Positions 45,516-59,059 of a stretch of DNA of 64,000 bases are shown piece after piece. Numbering within the stretch: the first letter of the stretch is position 1; each line of letters starts with the position of its first letter. The notes under the pieces are model-generated. The model had not been told where the DNA came from and did not search any database. It was given only the letters and a program-made list of their open reading frames with translations. The position numbers and the translations under genes are program-made. This DNA comes from Tubiluchus corallicola (Eukaryota; Animalia; Priapulida). The stretch is taken from contig JAQGDQ010000007.1 in the NCBI GenBank assembly GCA_030141605.1, forward strand, positions 1,661,173 through 1,725,172, in the 5' to 3' direction.

Positions 45516-46277
45516 TATGTGTTGGGAGCGGAGTAGGACACTAACCGAAGTAGGAAAATTGGTGTACATGGGCTGCCCAAGTAGGACAATAGAGACAGGT
45601 CGCGAATTGAGTCGTTAACCGTACCGGCAGCGTCCGTTGTATTTATTTATTTAATAATAATAATTGAAAACGTTAATACAAGTTGAATAATTTATTATAC
45701 ATCGGACAAAATAAAATAATCTCGTTCTGAGCTAGTAGGTCGGCCAGTATTGAATTTCGCTTTGATATTAATCTTTTTGAAGTGAAATAAGCCCACTTCT
45801 TAGCCGATTCCAACATTTGCTTAAGGTATATCATTTTTTATTTTGTCCTGCTTCACAGACAGGTGATCCAAGTACTTCACTACCTCTAGGACAAGTAATT
45901 TTTTTATTACTACTTCACTACTAAATAAAAGTTTCATTTTTAAACTTGCAATAATTATTGTTGTAATAACTGTGTGCATAGTTTCTCTCTTTAAAGCATT
46001 AAATACTTAGTTTAATGTTATGATGAGCTAATAATAATGATGATATTATTGTAAAAAAATACATTTGTAATTGTCAAGGATTATCCATATAGTCACTATT
46101 TTCTATAAAGTCACTTTTTTCTAAAACAAATTTAGTTTTGTGTTTTATTATGTCATAATTCTCGATTCCCGACAGAAATGCCAGTGCCCTACTTGGCTGC
46201 CCTGTTTTTCCGCAAATTTAGCACATTTATCGGAAGTGTCCTACTTCGGCTAGTGGTGTACTCCATGCCCCACAGTA
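45516..46277. mobile_element. Non-autonomous TIR DNA transposon, copy 2
   Basis: Left ggagtaggacactaaccgaagtagga versus right tcctacttcggctagtggtgtactcc (imperfect inverted repeat); TA at both ends suggests Tc1/mariner-pogo type. Confidence 0.65.
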
Positions 46278-47607
46278 TGCATTATCATTAAAATTAATTA
46301 TAAATATGATGTATGCATTATCATTAAAATTAATTATAAATATGATGTATACAGGGCTGGGCCTAGGAGGTGTGGGCATTGCTGGAAATGATTTGGTGCA
46401 CCCCAGGTTTGCAACTAAGGCCTGCAGAGTCGTAAAAATGTACTATTATAGGTTTTGTATTTCTAAGACAGAATGGAAAGTGCAAAATGCGCATTTAATA
46501 AAAAGTGCAGTGCATGTTAATGGACAAGCATCTACATTTTTATATAATGCCCGACAAGTAACAAACAAAATGTTTAGATCAAAACTGCATAGGTTGTGGA
46601 CACCTTGTACTCGAGACTTGCATGGTCTGAATGTAGTAGCATACTTGGTATTTTGCCACTGAGATATGAATGTTTGTAAAGATGCAGTACATGTGATGAA
46701 TTTCATCACATGTTACAGTAAAAAAATCTATAGCTTTATAGATATTTAAAAGCCATTGCCATTACATATTATTTGTTTAAATATTTGTCTTAAATATACT
46801 AGCTAGCTGTTAAATAATCATAGCGACTTTTGCGGATCTGTATGTTCACATTCAATTGATAGCTTATGTTTCTGCACTGTCAGCAGCAAATAGGGAGCTG
46901 TCATTAACCTGTAGGCAGATAACCCTAACTTTTTAAAGATAATTATCAGTATTTGCAAAATTTTGACATATATTAGTTTTCTTACTCAGTTCCAAACTAT
47001 GTAACTTAGGAAAAGCTTGTTTATTTTTTTATTGCTTTATTAAATTTGAAGTCTCATTAATCTTTCTTGGAAATGTAGAATTTTAAAATGGCATGTGACC
47101 ACTTGTCAAATTTGAAAGTCATATTCCAGGAGATACTAGAAGATAGTGGCTAAGAACCTGGGGAGCACTGCAAGCTTCCTTAGCACTTTTTTTAAATTTG
47201 AGGGTATGTTGGAGACACAATTGGACACTTAGGCAATTGTAAGAAATTAGGAAAAACACATGCTTTTTGTGGTTACTTTTTCCAAGACAGCTGCAAAATA
47301 TTAAGTTTACTTAAGTGAAGGCTTGTTGCCTACTTTAATATTTTTTGCCACTAACAAAATTCATTGTTATGGGGATGCACCATATCAGAGTTATTGTATG
47401 AAGCCTGATGAACTTTAATAATTGTTTGTATTATGCAGAATATCAAAAATATTGTACTTAATTGTTAAAAATTATGTTCATATTATTTTAGTTATTATGT
47501 TTATACTTGCACTATGTGCACATTTATGAATTTTGTTTGCGTTCTTTGCAAGAATTTTATTTTGTTAGTTTGGGAATACTGTCACTTTTTGTTTGTTTCA
47601 GAAAATC

Positions 47608-50600
47608 ATGGGGAAACATGGTATGAAAGCAAAAGCAAGGAAGCCAAAAAGACTGCACAGAAAAGGTGGGTATAATTACAGTAATTCATTCAGTTTCTTT
47701 AGTGCAGCATGATTATGGTTTAAACGAAAAACTTCTGATATGACTGTAAACTCATTAAAAAAAGAGAAGATTTAAGAGCTGTAACAGCCTTTAGGCATGG
47801 AAAGTTAATCATTTAGTCATCTGTCATCAGCTAGTCTAAGTCATTAGTCATTTTTATTTGATTTGTCAACCATTTCCAATACAATCCAAGTATAAAAAAG
47901 TATTTGTGGGAAAATGCAGTTTGTCTTGATTGATGATCTAGTCAGTACTGCATTGTAACATACCCCGACACATCGTCTCCCTTCATTACATTGCATTTCA
48001 ATACAGTATACTGCATTTAACTGCACTACACTACTCTACAGTGACTACGCTACACCTCACTATGCTATTCTACGATAAACTGCAGTGCACTACACTACAC
48101 TACACTACATTCTTTATGAATATGGCTTAAATGTATATGGTTTTTCATGTGCTTTGGCACACTGTAAGCTGAAATCCAGGATTCAAAAAGTGAATCTACT
48201 CAACAATGTGTTTATGGCATAACTAGAGCCTAGCTCGCTGTCAAAGATATCCTGTAAATTCTGAGTGACAAACCCAAACCAAGCTAATATCAACACACAT
48301 TACTTTCATAAATGGCAAATGCCTGTCCACTCAACCACGAACCTGGTCATCTAATGTCATTTTGTATGCTACATAGGTTCACAGAGGCCTGATGAAGAAA
48401 GCAATGCAAGACAACACAAGAAAACAACCAAAAAGTCCAAACAGAAGTTTGGAGTGAATGCATTACTAGAAAAAGTTTGTACTGTTTTAATTTTGAAGTC
48501 TTTCTTAATTTGCAGCCATCCTGTTACTGGCCATCCATGCTTTTTATTCATTTTAATTTTATGCGTGTTTCTGTCAAACGTTTTGAGTGCCCCTGTACAT
48601 TGTTATAGTGGGCACCTTTACAGAAATGGTCAATTTTTTTAAGAGCGAAATGCATTTATTAGTCTTTCAACTGCTTGCAAAAAGGTACCATAGCTACACA
48701 TTCTGGTGCAATAAACAAGTATTTGACTGCACAAATGCACGTGCGAGTTTAGCTATAAGCTGTAGATGACTGAAGCATAATGTCTCTAAGCCTGAATATA
48801 CCTCTACGGAGAAGAGTGGTCTCCAAAAAATATACGTTTTGATAAGAAGTGCTAGTTCACTGAGGTGCTTCTAGTAGCAAGTCAGTGAAGTCACTTAATT
48901 ATTATTAGTTCAGTAAATCTCAGTTTTCTCCTAGAGCACGAGAACTAATTTTGTCTTTTCTCTTGGATGTAATGTATTAATAAAAGACGACCTTAAAAAT
49001 ACTTAGCAGCAAATTTCTATTTGGTAATTAGTTGGTAAAGTAGTAAATTTTGTTGCTTTACCTTTATCAATCCATATAGTTCATGTAAGTGTAAATAACA
49101 TTGTTTATTAGTTTCAATTTCTAAAATTCATTTTCAATTTATGGTTCAAACAAAATTTTGAGATGTCTTCTGATTATTTTATTTTAGGCACGTGAATGTC
49201 TCGACAGATTTGACATTGAAGTGGCACAGAAATTTTGTCATAGAGCTTTGGAAATAGAACCTGACAATTTAAAAGTATTGGAAACTACATCAAGCCTTCT
49301 TTTAGAAACTGGAGATGTGGATGCCGCATTACAGGTAAAAGTGCTGTAATTAGCAAGACTTAGATTTATAAATTCTACAGCTTTGATGGATTAGACATTG
49401 TTGCATCAGAGATCACACATTTTGCTTTAATAAATAACTATAGTGTTGTAATACAGTGATCACTGTAGTGTATTCTCTTGCCAGACAAATTGCTTTTTGT
49501 GCTCATAATTATTGAATGTGGCCTTCCAATTGTTAGTACACTCATTCTTATCGTGTATTGTGCATAAAACTAGTCTACTACGTGCAGATACTTGGAATAT
49601 ACTTCACCAATTGTTTTTTAATACAGGTCTCCCAAATAAGGCACTGATTAGTAATGAGAGAGGTGTTTTGATTTTATTATAGCATGAATACGGACAAATG
49701 TTTTTTTTGTTTGCACACTGAATTGTCACCAAATGCCTTTGCAATTAATCACGACTTTTTCAGAAAGAAACAATCTTGCTTTACTTGCAGTTTTTGAATA
49801 TGCTTCTACAATCAGTGAAAAACATTTTCTAAAAGTACATTTGTGCCATTTTTAACAATATCTTTAACTTGTAAACTAGCTGATTGTGCTGTTTCCTTTA
49901 CATAAAATTACCTTGTTCTTCTCATTAGTATTTAAATCGGGCAGTCAGTCTCTCACCCGATGAAGGCCATACAAAGTTTCTGTGTCTTGGGCAAGTTCTT
50001 AAAGGACAGGAAGCTGTTAAGTGCTATCAAAAAGCCATTGATATCATGTTGTCTGAGAGGTCAGCTGATTCTGAAAATAAGGTATGGTACCTATTCTTAG
50101 CAGCAGTATTTGGGCACTCATCAGGCTAGTAACTTAGTAACTTAGCTTAGATCTGTGTCTTCAGAACTTCAGAATCAACTCTGTGTCTCTAGGTTGCAGT
50201 AAAGCAGACTACAGAGTTATTTTTTAGTTGCCCACTTGAGTAGTTATTATTTACTTTGATTACATGTCATTGTTGTACATGTGTCTTAATTTTGAAATTG
50301 TTTTGTTTCCTTTTGCTTTTATTTGATATAAATTGCATTAATTTTGTATTTTTAATAGTTGCCATATGATTTGTTTTCTCCACTCTTATTCTCATTTTTC
50401 TAACAGCAATGTCTGCCTGCCCTGTATTTTTTTAAGTAGAGATATGACCTTTGAAATTGTTATACGTTGTTATGACGTGATTTTCTTATAAAGGCAAATA
50501 AACATTTCTGATTTTTTACTCATAGACAATATTTCGCTCATAAGCCTCTTGCTAAATCATCTTGTGATTGTGATTGCCACTGCACTGAATCAAAAATGAG

Positions 50601-53600
50601 AAATCTAGTGGACTATTTGTGAAAGTCGTATAACAGCACAGGAAAGAGTGACAAAGCACTATTACTGTTAAGTAGCACTTGGGTAGTAAATAAATAGCTT
50701 TGTTTGGGTTTATATCATTTTTTAATTTAGCTATTTAAACACTACTTTTTCCAGACAGAAGCAGATGGTGCAATTGGCGTTGAGGATGTCTCCAGTTTCC
50801 CATCGTTAACTGAAATCTCTTCTGCATATTGTTCTGTTGCAGAAATATACATGACTGATTGTTGGTGAGCAAAATTTCTTTTGCCTTGGGGTCTTTACTT
50901 ACAGATCTGATGAAGGAAGTATAACTCAAAATTGGTGTGATTATAAACATTACCCTCCTGTAAAGCCTGTAATTCAATAATATAGGTTTCCTGTTTTTTT
51001 TGTAAAAAATGGCAAAAACCAAAATCCTATTCATTAGATATTGAAACATGGGATTTTTAAATACTAGTTCTAGTTGTCTGCCAAATTTTAGCTAACTACA
51101 TTTTTGCAAATGGTGTTGCTGAGCTGTATGATTATAATTTGAATAGAAAGAGCATTTGCACAACTTTGGTCTTATGAGTTTATGTATGTAACTTAGGAAA
51201 GTTGAAATTTTATGGAATACGAAATATTGTTTGTTTGCCCATTTTATCCAGTCACCTTTTGAAGTTCATATTATGTCTTATCTTATCATTCTTGAAGGCT
51301 TCAATATCTGATTTACAGTTTTGAAGAAAATGCAGAGCATCTTTGTAAAGGTTATATAGAAAAAGCCATAGAAACTGATCCAGGCAATCCAGAAGCTCAT
51401 CATTTAAAAGCAAGCTTTCTTACTACTATAGGTAACCGTGAGGTAATATTTTTTAAACTTCATTATGAGACAAAAGTATAACATTTTGCTCTATTGATTT
51501 AGTTTTCACTATACACTACCTTAGTAATGAATAATGAACTGAGTAAAAAAATGCAAAAAGTCTGAATAAGAAAATTAGTCTTACATGTCGACGACATTAT
51601 CACTTTTAATAATTGTCATACTTTGCTATTTACTGTCATGTAAATATTATGTTTATTGATATTATCCTTACTTATTTATCTGCTGTTTTCCTGCTGTCAA
51701 ACTGGTTAAAACACTAAAAAATGAACAAAAAGACCCAAAGACATTTTTCTTGCAATGGATTATTCGATTCCAAATAACACTAATATGTTAAAATTCAGTT
51801 TGTGCAGTTTGTTATGCTTTGAGGAATGCAGTTTTAACATCTTACTTCCATGTTAAGAAAAAACAGTGTGTTGTTTTTACGTACAAGAAGTTGATGTTTG
51901 AATACTTTTAGCAACATTTCTTTTCTAACTTCCCAGATAGAGGTTATTTTTGCTTCAGTATTTAATGGATTACACAACAATAATTACCGAATCTCACAAT
52001 TTACTTTTTTGGAGATTTATTGCTTGAAGAGAAATATATGAGCTTCTAATGTGTGTTTTTTACAGGAAGCCAAAGAATCTGCCGAGAAGGGTTTATCTCT
52101 CTGGCTTCCAAACCTCCAAGCTGTTCAGCAAGGGCATCTTGAAAGTGACTCCAAAGTCGACCTTGTTGAGGTATCAACTTTTGTTGACATTATTGGTCGT
52201 ATTGTGGTATACACATTGACACCAGTGATGTAGTCAAGTCTTTCGGTACCAGTCCAAGTTGAGTTTCAAGTCCTTGGGGCTCAAGTCCAAGTCAAGTCTC
52301 AAATCACTGTGACCAGCATTCAACTCAAGTCTTGAGTCTTATTGCCCAAGTTATTGTGTCTGTGTCTGAGCTGGGTCCTAGGTTATGTTCATGTTGTCAT
52401 GTACATCTTTAAATAGAGTTTCAAGATAAAATATTCTAAGGTTTAATCAATTTTCAAACTCCTGATTAATAATAATAAATTGTTATTTTTGGTGTTATTT
52501 TGCTTATTACTGCACTAAATTTATTGAGTAATATTGATTATTGAATTTTGCTTACAAATGGTTTTACATTTTAATAGCAATTTTGCAGTGGTGTTATAGT
52601 GAGTATTTATAACATAAAAATTATATTATAATCAGTAGTACTAATTACAATGTACAGGCAGTTAGTCAAGTTTCTTATTACATTTAAGAAACACTATGTC
52701 AATTAGGTTCTTATCTGACAAGCTTAGCTCTGTGGTCTTACTAACAAGCCACTCTGACTGAAGACTCGCACATGTAACAGATATCCTAGTAGCTGGGTAT
52801 CTATACACTGATTAGCCAGTTTAAAAAGCCTGGCACTAAAAAAACTGACGTAATGTTTCTGATGTTGTGTCAAGTGTACATTTAATGTTGTAATAACAGG
52901 AAAGTTTTTAACTGAGCGTAGATGTGACCACAACGGTGACCCTAGAGAGTTCAAGAACTCCACTTAGGTATAAAATATAAACATGACAATAGGCAACAAA
53001 CACTGTTCGAGTGCCAGAATTGAAATGCTTTGTTAAAGGAAGACAGGATGATTTTTCATATACTACCACATTTTCAAGTCCGATAAAAAATATACATTTT
53101 AACACAATTAGTGCTGCAAAAGCATTTCTGTTAATTAAATAATAGATTAAAAACTTAGTTAATGGCGTGCGAGCACAACTATTGATGACATCACAAACTA
53201 ACATCATTTTCAACAGCAAAAAATATTCCACGAGCACGTTGCACGTGTTTGCAAAAGCGAAAACTGAGGCACAGTACTCCACTCAGTTAAAATCTCTTCG
53301 AACAATGTAACTACAAGTAAAGGCTTTGTACCTTGTCCTATTTGAGGCTCCCTAGACTACCAATTTGTTAACCTCGGTGATTTAACACTTTTTCAGCAAA
53401 AAATTTGGCCCTTTAATAAAAAAGTAACTCGTTATCCTAATAAAAAACAATTTGTTAAAACTAAATAGGTTTAAAAATGTTTGATTACTTAAAAATTATA
53501 AATTTTTATTGTTTGATGTATAATTTTTAGCAGCTGCAGCATGATCTTTGCTGGAAATTTTATGAAAATTATGAAGTGTTAAAGCATTTGGTAAACAGTA

Positions 53601-54764
53601 GGCCGGGGCTAAGAAGTGCAGGGCCAAATTAGAAAATTATTAGTGGAGCTGTTTGCCCCACTAATGATGCAGAACAATATAAACAGTTTGGACATATTTA
53701 ACAAAACAAACTATATTCCAAGCGTTATGTTATATAACCTCATTAACAGCACTGTTTATGTTTTGAGTGTTTGAATATCATCATCAAATTAGCAAAATTA
53801 AAATCCAATGACAATCTAACTAATGCATATAGGGTTTTTACCATTTACTTTTTTAAAAGGTAAATTGCAAGAATAAACTGAAATTATAAAACAAATGAAC
53901 AAACAATCAGCAAAAAACATTGTAATATAGGTGATATGTGAGGAAAGACTGAATAGTTTCACTCCTTCACAGTATCAAGAAACTTCATGCACATTGGACA
54001 CTCATTAATTCATCATAGCATCCTCCACTCGGGCGTGTGCACAGGGCCCCCTTTTGGCGCAGAGCCCATTTTGAACAAATGTGTCTATTTGACTTAAAAC
54101 CAGTCTTGATAAACAGTTATTCAAAGTGGTTACTTCTAATAAAAAAGATTATTGCTAACGTGAATGGATCTAACAAATGCATTTTAGTTTTACACAACCT
54201 TGTTTAGTGACTGCAGAACTTCAATGAATCTGAAAGTTTTAATCACATGTTATGTTATTGCCATCTCTTATAGAAAACTATTGCTTTAATGCCATTTTGA
54301 TAAAACTACTGTAATAAAATTTGTTAATATTTAGGTTTGTTCACTCAGCATTCAGAGCAGGATAGCAATATCTCAGCTACTCATTGAACTAGAAGAATAT
54401 GATGTAAGTTTTTTCTGAAATGCTTTTATCTACATGCCTAATTATGATATAAGTAAAACAAAGTTTTCTTTATTGTAAATAAAAACAATGTAATTAACTA
54501 AGCTTTTTAATTTCAGAAAGCAAATGAAGTCTTAGATCTTCTTGTTGATGAAGATGATGAAATTGCAATCGTAAGTTTTGATTTTAATTTTCTTGTTCGT
54601 AGATTGGACCAGTTACTTTTGTTTGTCATTTAGATTATCACAACTTTTTAAAAGAAATATGCATTTTTTCTGTGCAGGTTTGGTATTTACTGGGTTGGCT
54701 GAATTACTTGAAAGGTTCTGACTATTATGGAAATGCAAAATTTTATTTAAATAAGGCAAAAAAG
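47608..54764 (+). CDS. ACL4: TPR protein, assembly chaperone of RPL4 (ACL4-like); 10 exons found, 3' end not found
   Basis: Exons 47608-47665, 48377-48474, 49188-49334, 49929-50081, 50755-50864, 51319-51442, 52066-52170, 54335-54403, 54517-54570, 54678-54764 (335 codons, GT-AG). Motifs AQKFCHRALEIEPDN, PDEGHTKFLCLGQ, SAYCSVAEIYMTDCCFEENAE, LLIELEEY, EDDE..VWYLLGW. The last exon found ends in a strong donor with no stop codon. Confidence 0.85.
52221..52350. repeat. (CAAGTC)-type short repeats, probably a MITE terminus
   Basis: cagtgatgtagtcaagtc..ccaagt..tcaagtccaagtcaagtctc; no partner end identified. Confidence 0.4.
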
Positions 54765-56464
54765 GTAAGTAACACATTGTTAATGTTATGCTGGCACATT
54801 ACATAGTGTAGCATGTAAATTTTATGCTGGCAGATTACATAGTGTAGCAATCATAGCAGTTATATAAGAGCATGCAATGTTATATAACTGCATAAACTAG
54901 TGATCTTGAAACTTTGAAACTGGTCCAAATGTCAGTGGAAATGTCAGCAAAATATTGTAAAAATTTTTTAACAACTTTATCATTTGCCTCCACCTTTTAC
55001 TGGTATACCTATGTGTGTCATGTAATTTGTTGGAAATATGAAAAGCCATGGTTTTACTTTTTTGGTTTATTCCCTAATGTATGGAAAAATTGAGTAGTCT
55101 GCCAGCAAAAATGGGATGATAATAACAATTTTTGCTGGACAGTAAAGGTTGTAAAACAGTTGGTTTGGTGTCAGCATACTTACCAGTCACTCTTCATGAT
55201 CAGATTTTTAATATCAGTATATCATTTTCCTAAAATTAATGTGCACAGCTAGGAGTCACTCAACATTGGAAACAGTTTGAGAAACTTACAGCATGTTTTA
55301 TCTTTTCTTTGTACATTATTGTGGGCATTTTCTTTGAAATTTGTGTGATTTCATTATCAAAACTATGATTTTAACTGTCAAATTTTTCTTAAACTGTTGT
55401 TGACCTTTGGCACAAGGTGATTTGCAGGCAAAACTACAGACAAATGTGTTACAAAGAAACATCTCCTCATTTTTTCAACTTCATTTATGTACAAGATAAC
55501 AGTCAGAAATAAAAGGATCATTCAAAATAGGTGACATGTGAAAAGCTGTTTACAAACATTTTTAACAGACAATTTGTAACAGATGCATTATGGGATTCCC
55601 CACTATTCAGTTAGCTCATGTCGAGTAAAAATAAATAACTACATGCATGCAATACTTTGCATGTCCTGACTTTCTAGCTTATTCATATATATTTTAGTAA
55701 AGTTAAAGGAAGTTACTTGAAAATGATACATTGTGAAGCGTCACAGCCTGCTAATGCCCTATATGAGTGGCTCATTTAGAATAAGTAAGGTGCCATTTCT
55801 GTAGAAAAATGGAAACATAGTCCCACAAATGGGAAAAATTGAGCAGTATAATAATGCAAGGCAGTTATCATTATGCAAGACAACTGTCATATTCATATGA
55901 CTATATGCTTTGCTGAAACAAACATTGTAAAATAGACAATTAAATAATTTTAGCTTGTGAAGATCATCAACTGCCTTAACATTGTTTGACCAATGTTAGC
56001 AAAAATGGTAGTATTAAAAACTCATATACAGCAACAAGTAAAAGCATTGCCATATTGGCTACATACCTCGTTAGGATCATGCTTGTTTTATTAGGCCACA
56101 AGTCGATAAACATTTATATGTTCATTTACAAGTACATTAAATGCACTTGAGTGGTTCACTTTAAACCTCAAATGTAACACCAGTTCATGTTCTTGTCTAC
56201 TGTGTTACCTGTCAATTATTTTGCCCATTATGGTATCTGTTATGGAAGTTTTAAAAGACTCCACATCTTATCTATTATTATAAGAAATTTTTGAACATTC
56301 ATTGCTTCATAAGCGTGATAACACTTTCTGCACCACATTACCTGTCTATAAAATAACAGAACACTACTCACAATACAACAGTATTATTTACAAACAAATT
56401 TACACTTTGTCTTTTATAAAAAGACACTAACTTCACAATAATACCAAACAGTCTAAATGCAGCA

Positions 56465-59059
56465 TTATACCGAGGTGACAATTGCTGTTGTTTCCGAGTT
56501 ATCTAAGTGCTTCTTTGTTTCACTAGAGTGGATGGGTGGTGGTGGTGGGGGAGGAACAACAGACATAAAATCTCTTTCTTTTTTACTAACTGTCCTGCTT
56601 TTTAGCACGCACACATAAGCACACAGAATGATTACTAAAACGGCACACATTCCCAATGAACTTGCTAGTATTATGATGATTAAGAAATGCTCATTTTCTA
56701 TTCCTGTGCACACAGAAGCACTGTGATCACTGTTCTTTTTATCACTATTGGGAGTGTCTGTTTCAAAATGCTTGTTGTCATAGAAACCATTGTTCATTGA
56801 ACTAGTGCACACAAATGACGACGGCTGTAAGCACATAATACACTTATTCATTAAATATGGCGGTCCATAACACGTGATACTGTTTAGTTCATCTATATCA
56901 GCAAGGCTGCTGCGCGATTTATTTTTCCACAACTCTAACCATTCACGCAACCATTTTATTTGACAGTCACAAATCCAAGGGTTCTTATTTATCCTTAAAG
57001 TCTTGATGCCAAGTGCATGTGTTTTTGTCAGCACATCTGTGTCCATGCGCATAATCCGATTATGGCTGAGATCTAACCAGCTCAACATCTGCAGTTTTTT
57101 AAACAGCTGACCTTTAATAGTAGAAATATTGTTATAGCCAAGATCGAGCTGTTGTAATGTTGGAATGTCATTAAATGCACTGTCTGCTATATCTGTTATT
57201 GTGTTATTTGCTAGCGATAAATGTCTGAAAGACTTCATGATCTGAAAACTACCATTTTCAATAACTTTTATCTGGTTGTGACTGATATTTATCACAATAA
57301 CTTCGCTCAAGTTATAAAAACTATTCACTTGTATGTCGCTAATGTTGTTGTGAGATAAATCAAGGCTCTGTAAACTAGATAAATTCGAAAAAGTCCATGC
57401 TTGAATCTTTTCTATGCGGTTGAAAGATAAATTAATAGCTGTTATAGAACTAGTAAATGGTCCACCTTGAAATGCCATTGGGTCAACAGTGCTGATATTG
57501 TTTCCTTCGAGGTGAATGTTCAGCAAACTCTTCATATTACAGAAAGAGTTATCTGGCAATCGGTATACGTTGTTGTTTTCCATCTGAAGGCTTTGCAAAG
57601 CGGTCATATTTATAAAAGCTTCTTTTGGGAAAATACTAATGTGATTATTTCTAAGTACAAGGTGCTGAAGACTCTTTTCAACCCCAAGGAAGGCTTTTGA
57701 GCTGATGTGATCGATTTTATTATTGCCTAAAGTGAGTATCCTTAGTGAACGGAGAGTAAAAAATGATTCGTCTGGTATCCATCGTATCTGATTATCTTGT
57801 AGAGATAAGCTCCATAAATTAGTAAATCCATAGAGTGCTGATACTGGAATTTCTGTCAGCAAGTTTCCTTCCAAGTTAAGCGTTCCTGGGTTTTCTTTAA
57901 ATTCCTCTAAGCTATTGGGTGGAATGTTGATATTTTGTATTTCATTGTTACCTAAATTAAGCACATGCAGTGATCTTAAGTTAGCTATTACTGTATACGG
58001 AAATTGACTAATACGGTTACGTGAGAGATGTAGATAGACGAGGCTGTCTTCCAGCCCATTTAGTGCCCCATCAGATATGTTACTGATTTCATTAGCATCC
58101 AAGTTTAGGTTCATTAGATTGGGAAGATTGCGAAAACTGTCATTAGGTATGGATGTTATTTCGTTCGCCCCCAGTACTAAATACTGCAGTTGGTACATAT
58201 TGAGTGCTTCTTTTGGTATCTCTTTTAACTTGTTACTGTGCAGATATAGCAATGTAACATTATCTAGACCGGAAAAGCCATGCTCTTCTATTGTGGTTAC
58301 CTGATTATAAGCAATGTTGAGATGCTCTAATTCAATGAGGCTGCTAAATGCTTGGTTTTGGATGGTTGTAATGTAATTATGAGATAACTTGAGTATAGCA
58401 AGTCTGTCTAAATGGCAAAATGCATTCGAAGTGATGTTCATTAGGTTATTGTTCCGTAAATCTAACTCTTGCAGTGCATCTAACCCTTTAAAGGCATTGT
58501 GAGCTATGCTGTTTATGGAATTTGAATTTAATTTGAGCTGTGTCATTGACGGCAAAGAACTAAATGCATAATTGTGGAGCTTCGTGATCATGTTGTAACC
58601 AAGGTCTAGTTTTTTCAGATTGTGCAAACCTTCGAATACTGCAGATGGAACTTGCGCCATGTTGTTTTCTTTCAGTATCAGCTCTAATAAATAGTCTCTA
58701 GATTCTAAAAATGCTTCTGCTGCAATCGTTTCCAAGTTGTTATTTACAATGTGAAGCTCCTTTATTTTGAGGTGGGAAAGTGTTGGCTGAGGAATAGTGC
58801 TGATTTGATTGTACTCTATCACTAGTTTGGTGATGAAATTATCTTTGTTTACACTTTGCAGTGCTTCGTCGATGCTTTCCAAATTGCTGTTTTCACAGTG
58901 GATGTTAAGTGGATTGGTGCTGGTGCACCAACAAACACTCGTCTTCCTTGTCTCCAGAGGACACAGTTGTGTAGATACCTGGTTTATTAAAGAACAACCA
59001 ACGTATGCATGAAGAAGTTGATAAAACAGCCATAGCAATTTTTCCTGCTTCCCAGCCAT
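56465..59059 (-). CDS. Leucine-rich-repeat type I transmembrane protein, single coding exon, ~864 aa
   Basis: Splice acceptor ttttgcag precedes ACA ATG, so Met at 59059 is preferred over 59101. Signal peptide, Cys-rich LRRNT, 25 LRRs, LRRCT (NPWICDCQIKWL..CYGPP..C), TM helix, short tail with PPPPPPP and C-terminal VTSV. No TIR, Ig or kinase domain. Confidence 0.92.
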   Translation of the reverse strand: MAGKQEKLLWLFYQLLHAYVGCSLINQVSTQLCPLETRKTSVCWCTSTNPLNIHCENSNLESIDEALQSVNKDNFITKLVIEYNQISTIPQPTLSHLKIKELHIVNNNLETIAAEAFLESRDYLLELILKENNMAQVPSAVFEGLHNLKKLDLGYNMITKLHNYAFSSLPSMTQLKLNSNSINSIAHNAFKGLDALQELDLRNNNLMNITSNAFCHLDRLAILKLSHNYITTIQNQAFSSLIELEHLNIAYNQVTTIEEHGFSGLDNVTLLYLHSNKLKEIPKEALNMYQLQYLVLGANEITSIPNDSFRNLPNLMNLNLDANEISNISDGALNGLEDSLVYLHLSRNRISQFPYTVIANLRSLHVLNLGNNEIQNINIPPNSLEEFKENPGTLNLEGNLLTEIPVSALYGFTNLWSLSLQDNQIRWIPDESFFTLRSLRILTLGNNKIDHISSKAFLGVEKSLQHLVLRNNHISIFPKEAFINMTALQSLQMENNNVYRLPDNSFCNMKSLLNIHLEGNNISTVDPMAFQGGPFTSSITAINLSFNRIEKIQAWTFSNLSSLQSLDLSHNNISDIQVNSFYNLSEVIVINISHNQIKVIENGSFQIMKSFRHLSLANNTITDIADSAFNDIPTLQQLDLGYNNISTIKGQLFKKLQMLSWLDLSHNRIMRMDTDVLTKTHALGIKTLRINKNPWICDCQIKWLREWLELWKNKSRSSLADIDELNSITCYGPPYLMNKCIMCLQPSSFVCTSSMNNGFYDNKHFETDTPNSDKKNSDHSASVCTGIENEHFLIIIILASSLGMCAVLVIILCAYVCVLKSRTVSKKERDFMSVVPPPPPPPIHSSETKKHLDNSETTAIVTSV

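Noticed and set aside
55954-55989. Candidate last ACL4 exon (LVKIINCLNIV*)
   Set aside because: The acceptor is plausible, but the peptide is very short and lacks the helical, acidic C-terminus I expect for this family; not excluded without RNA data.
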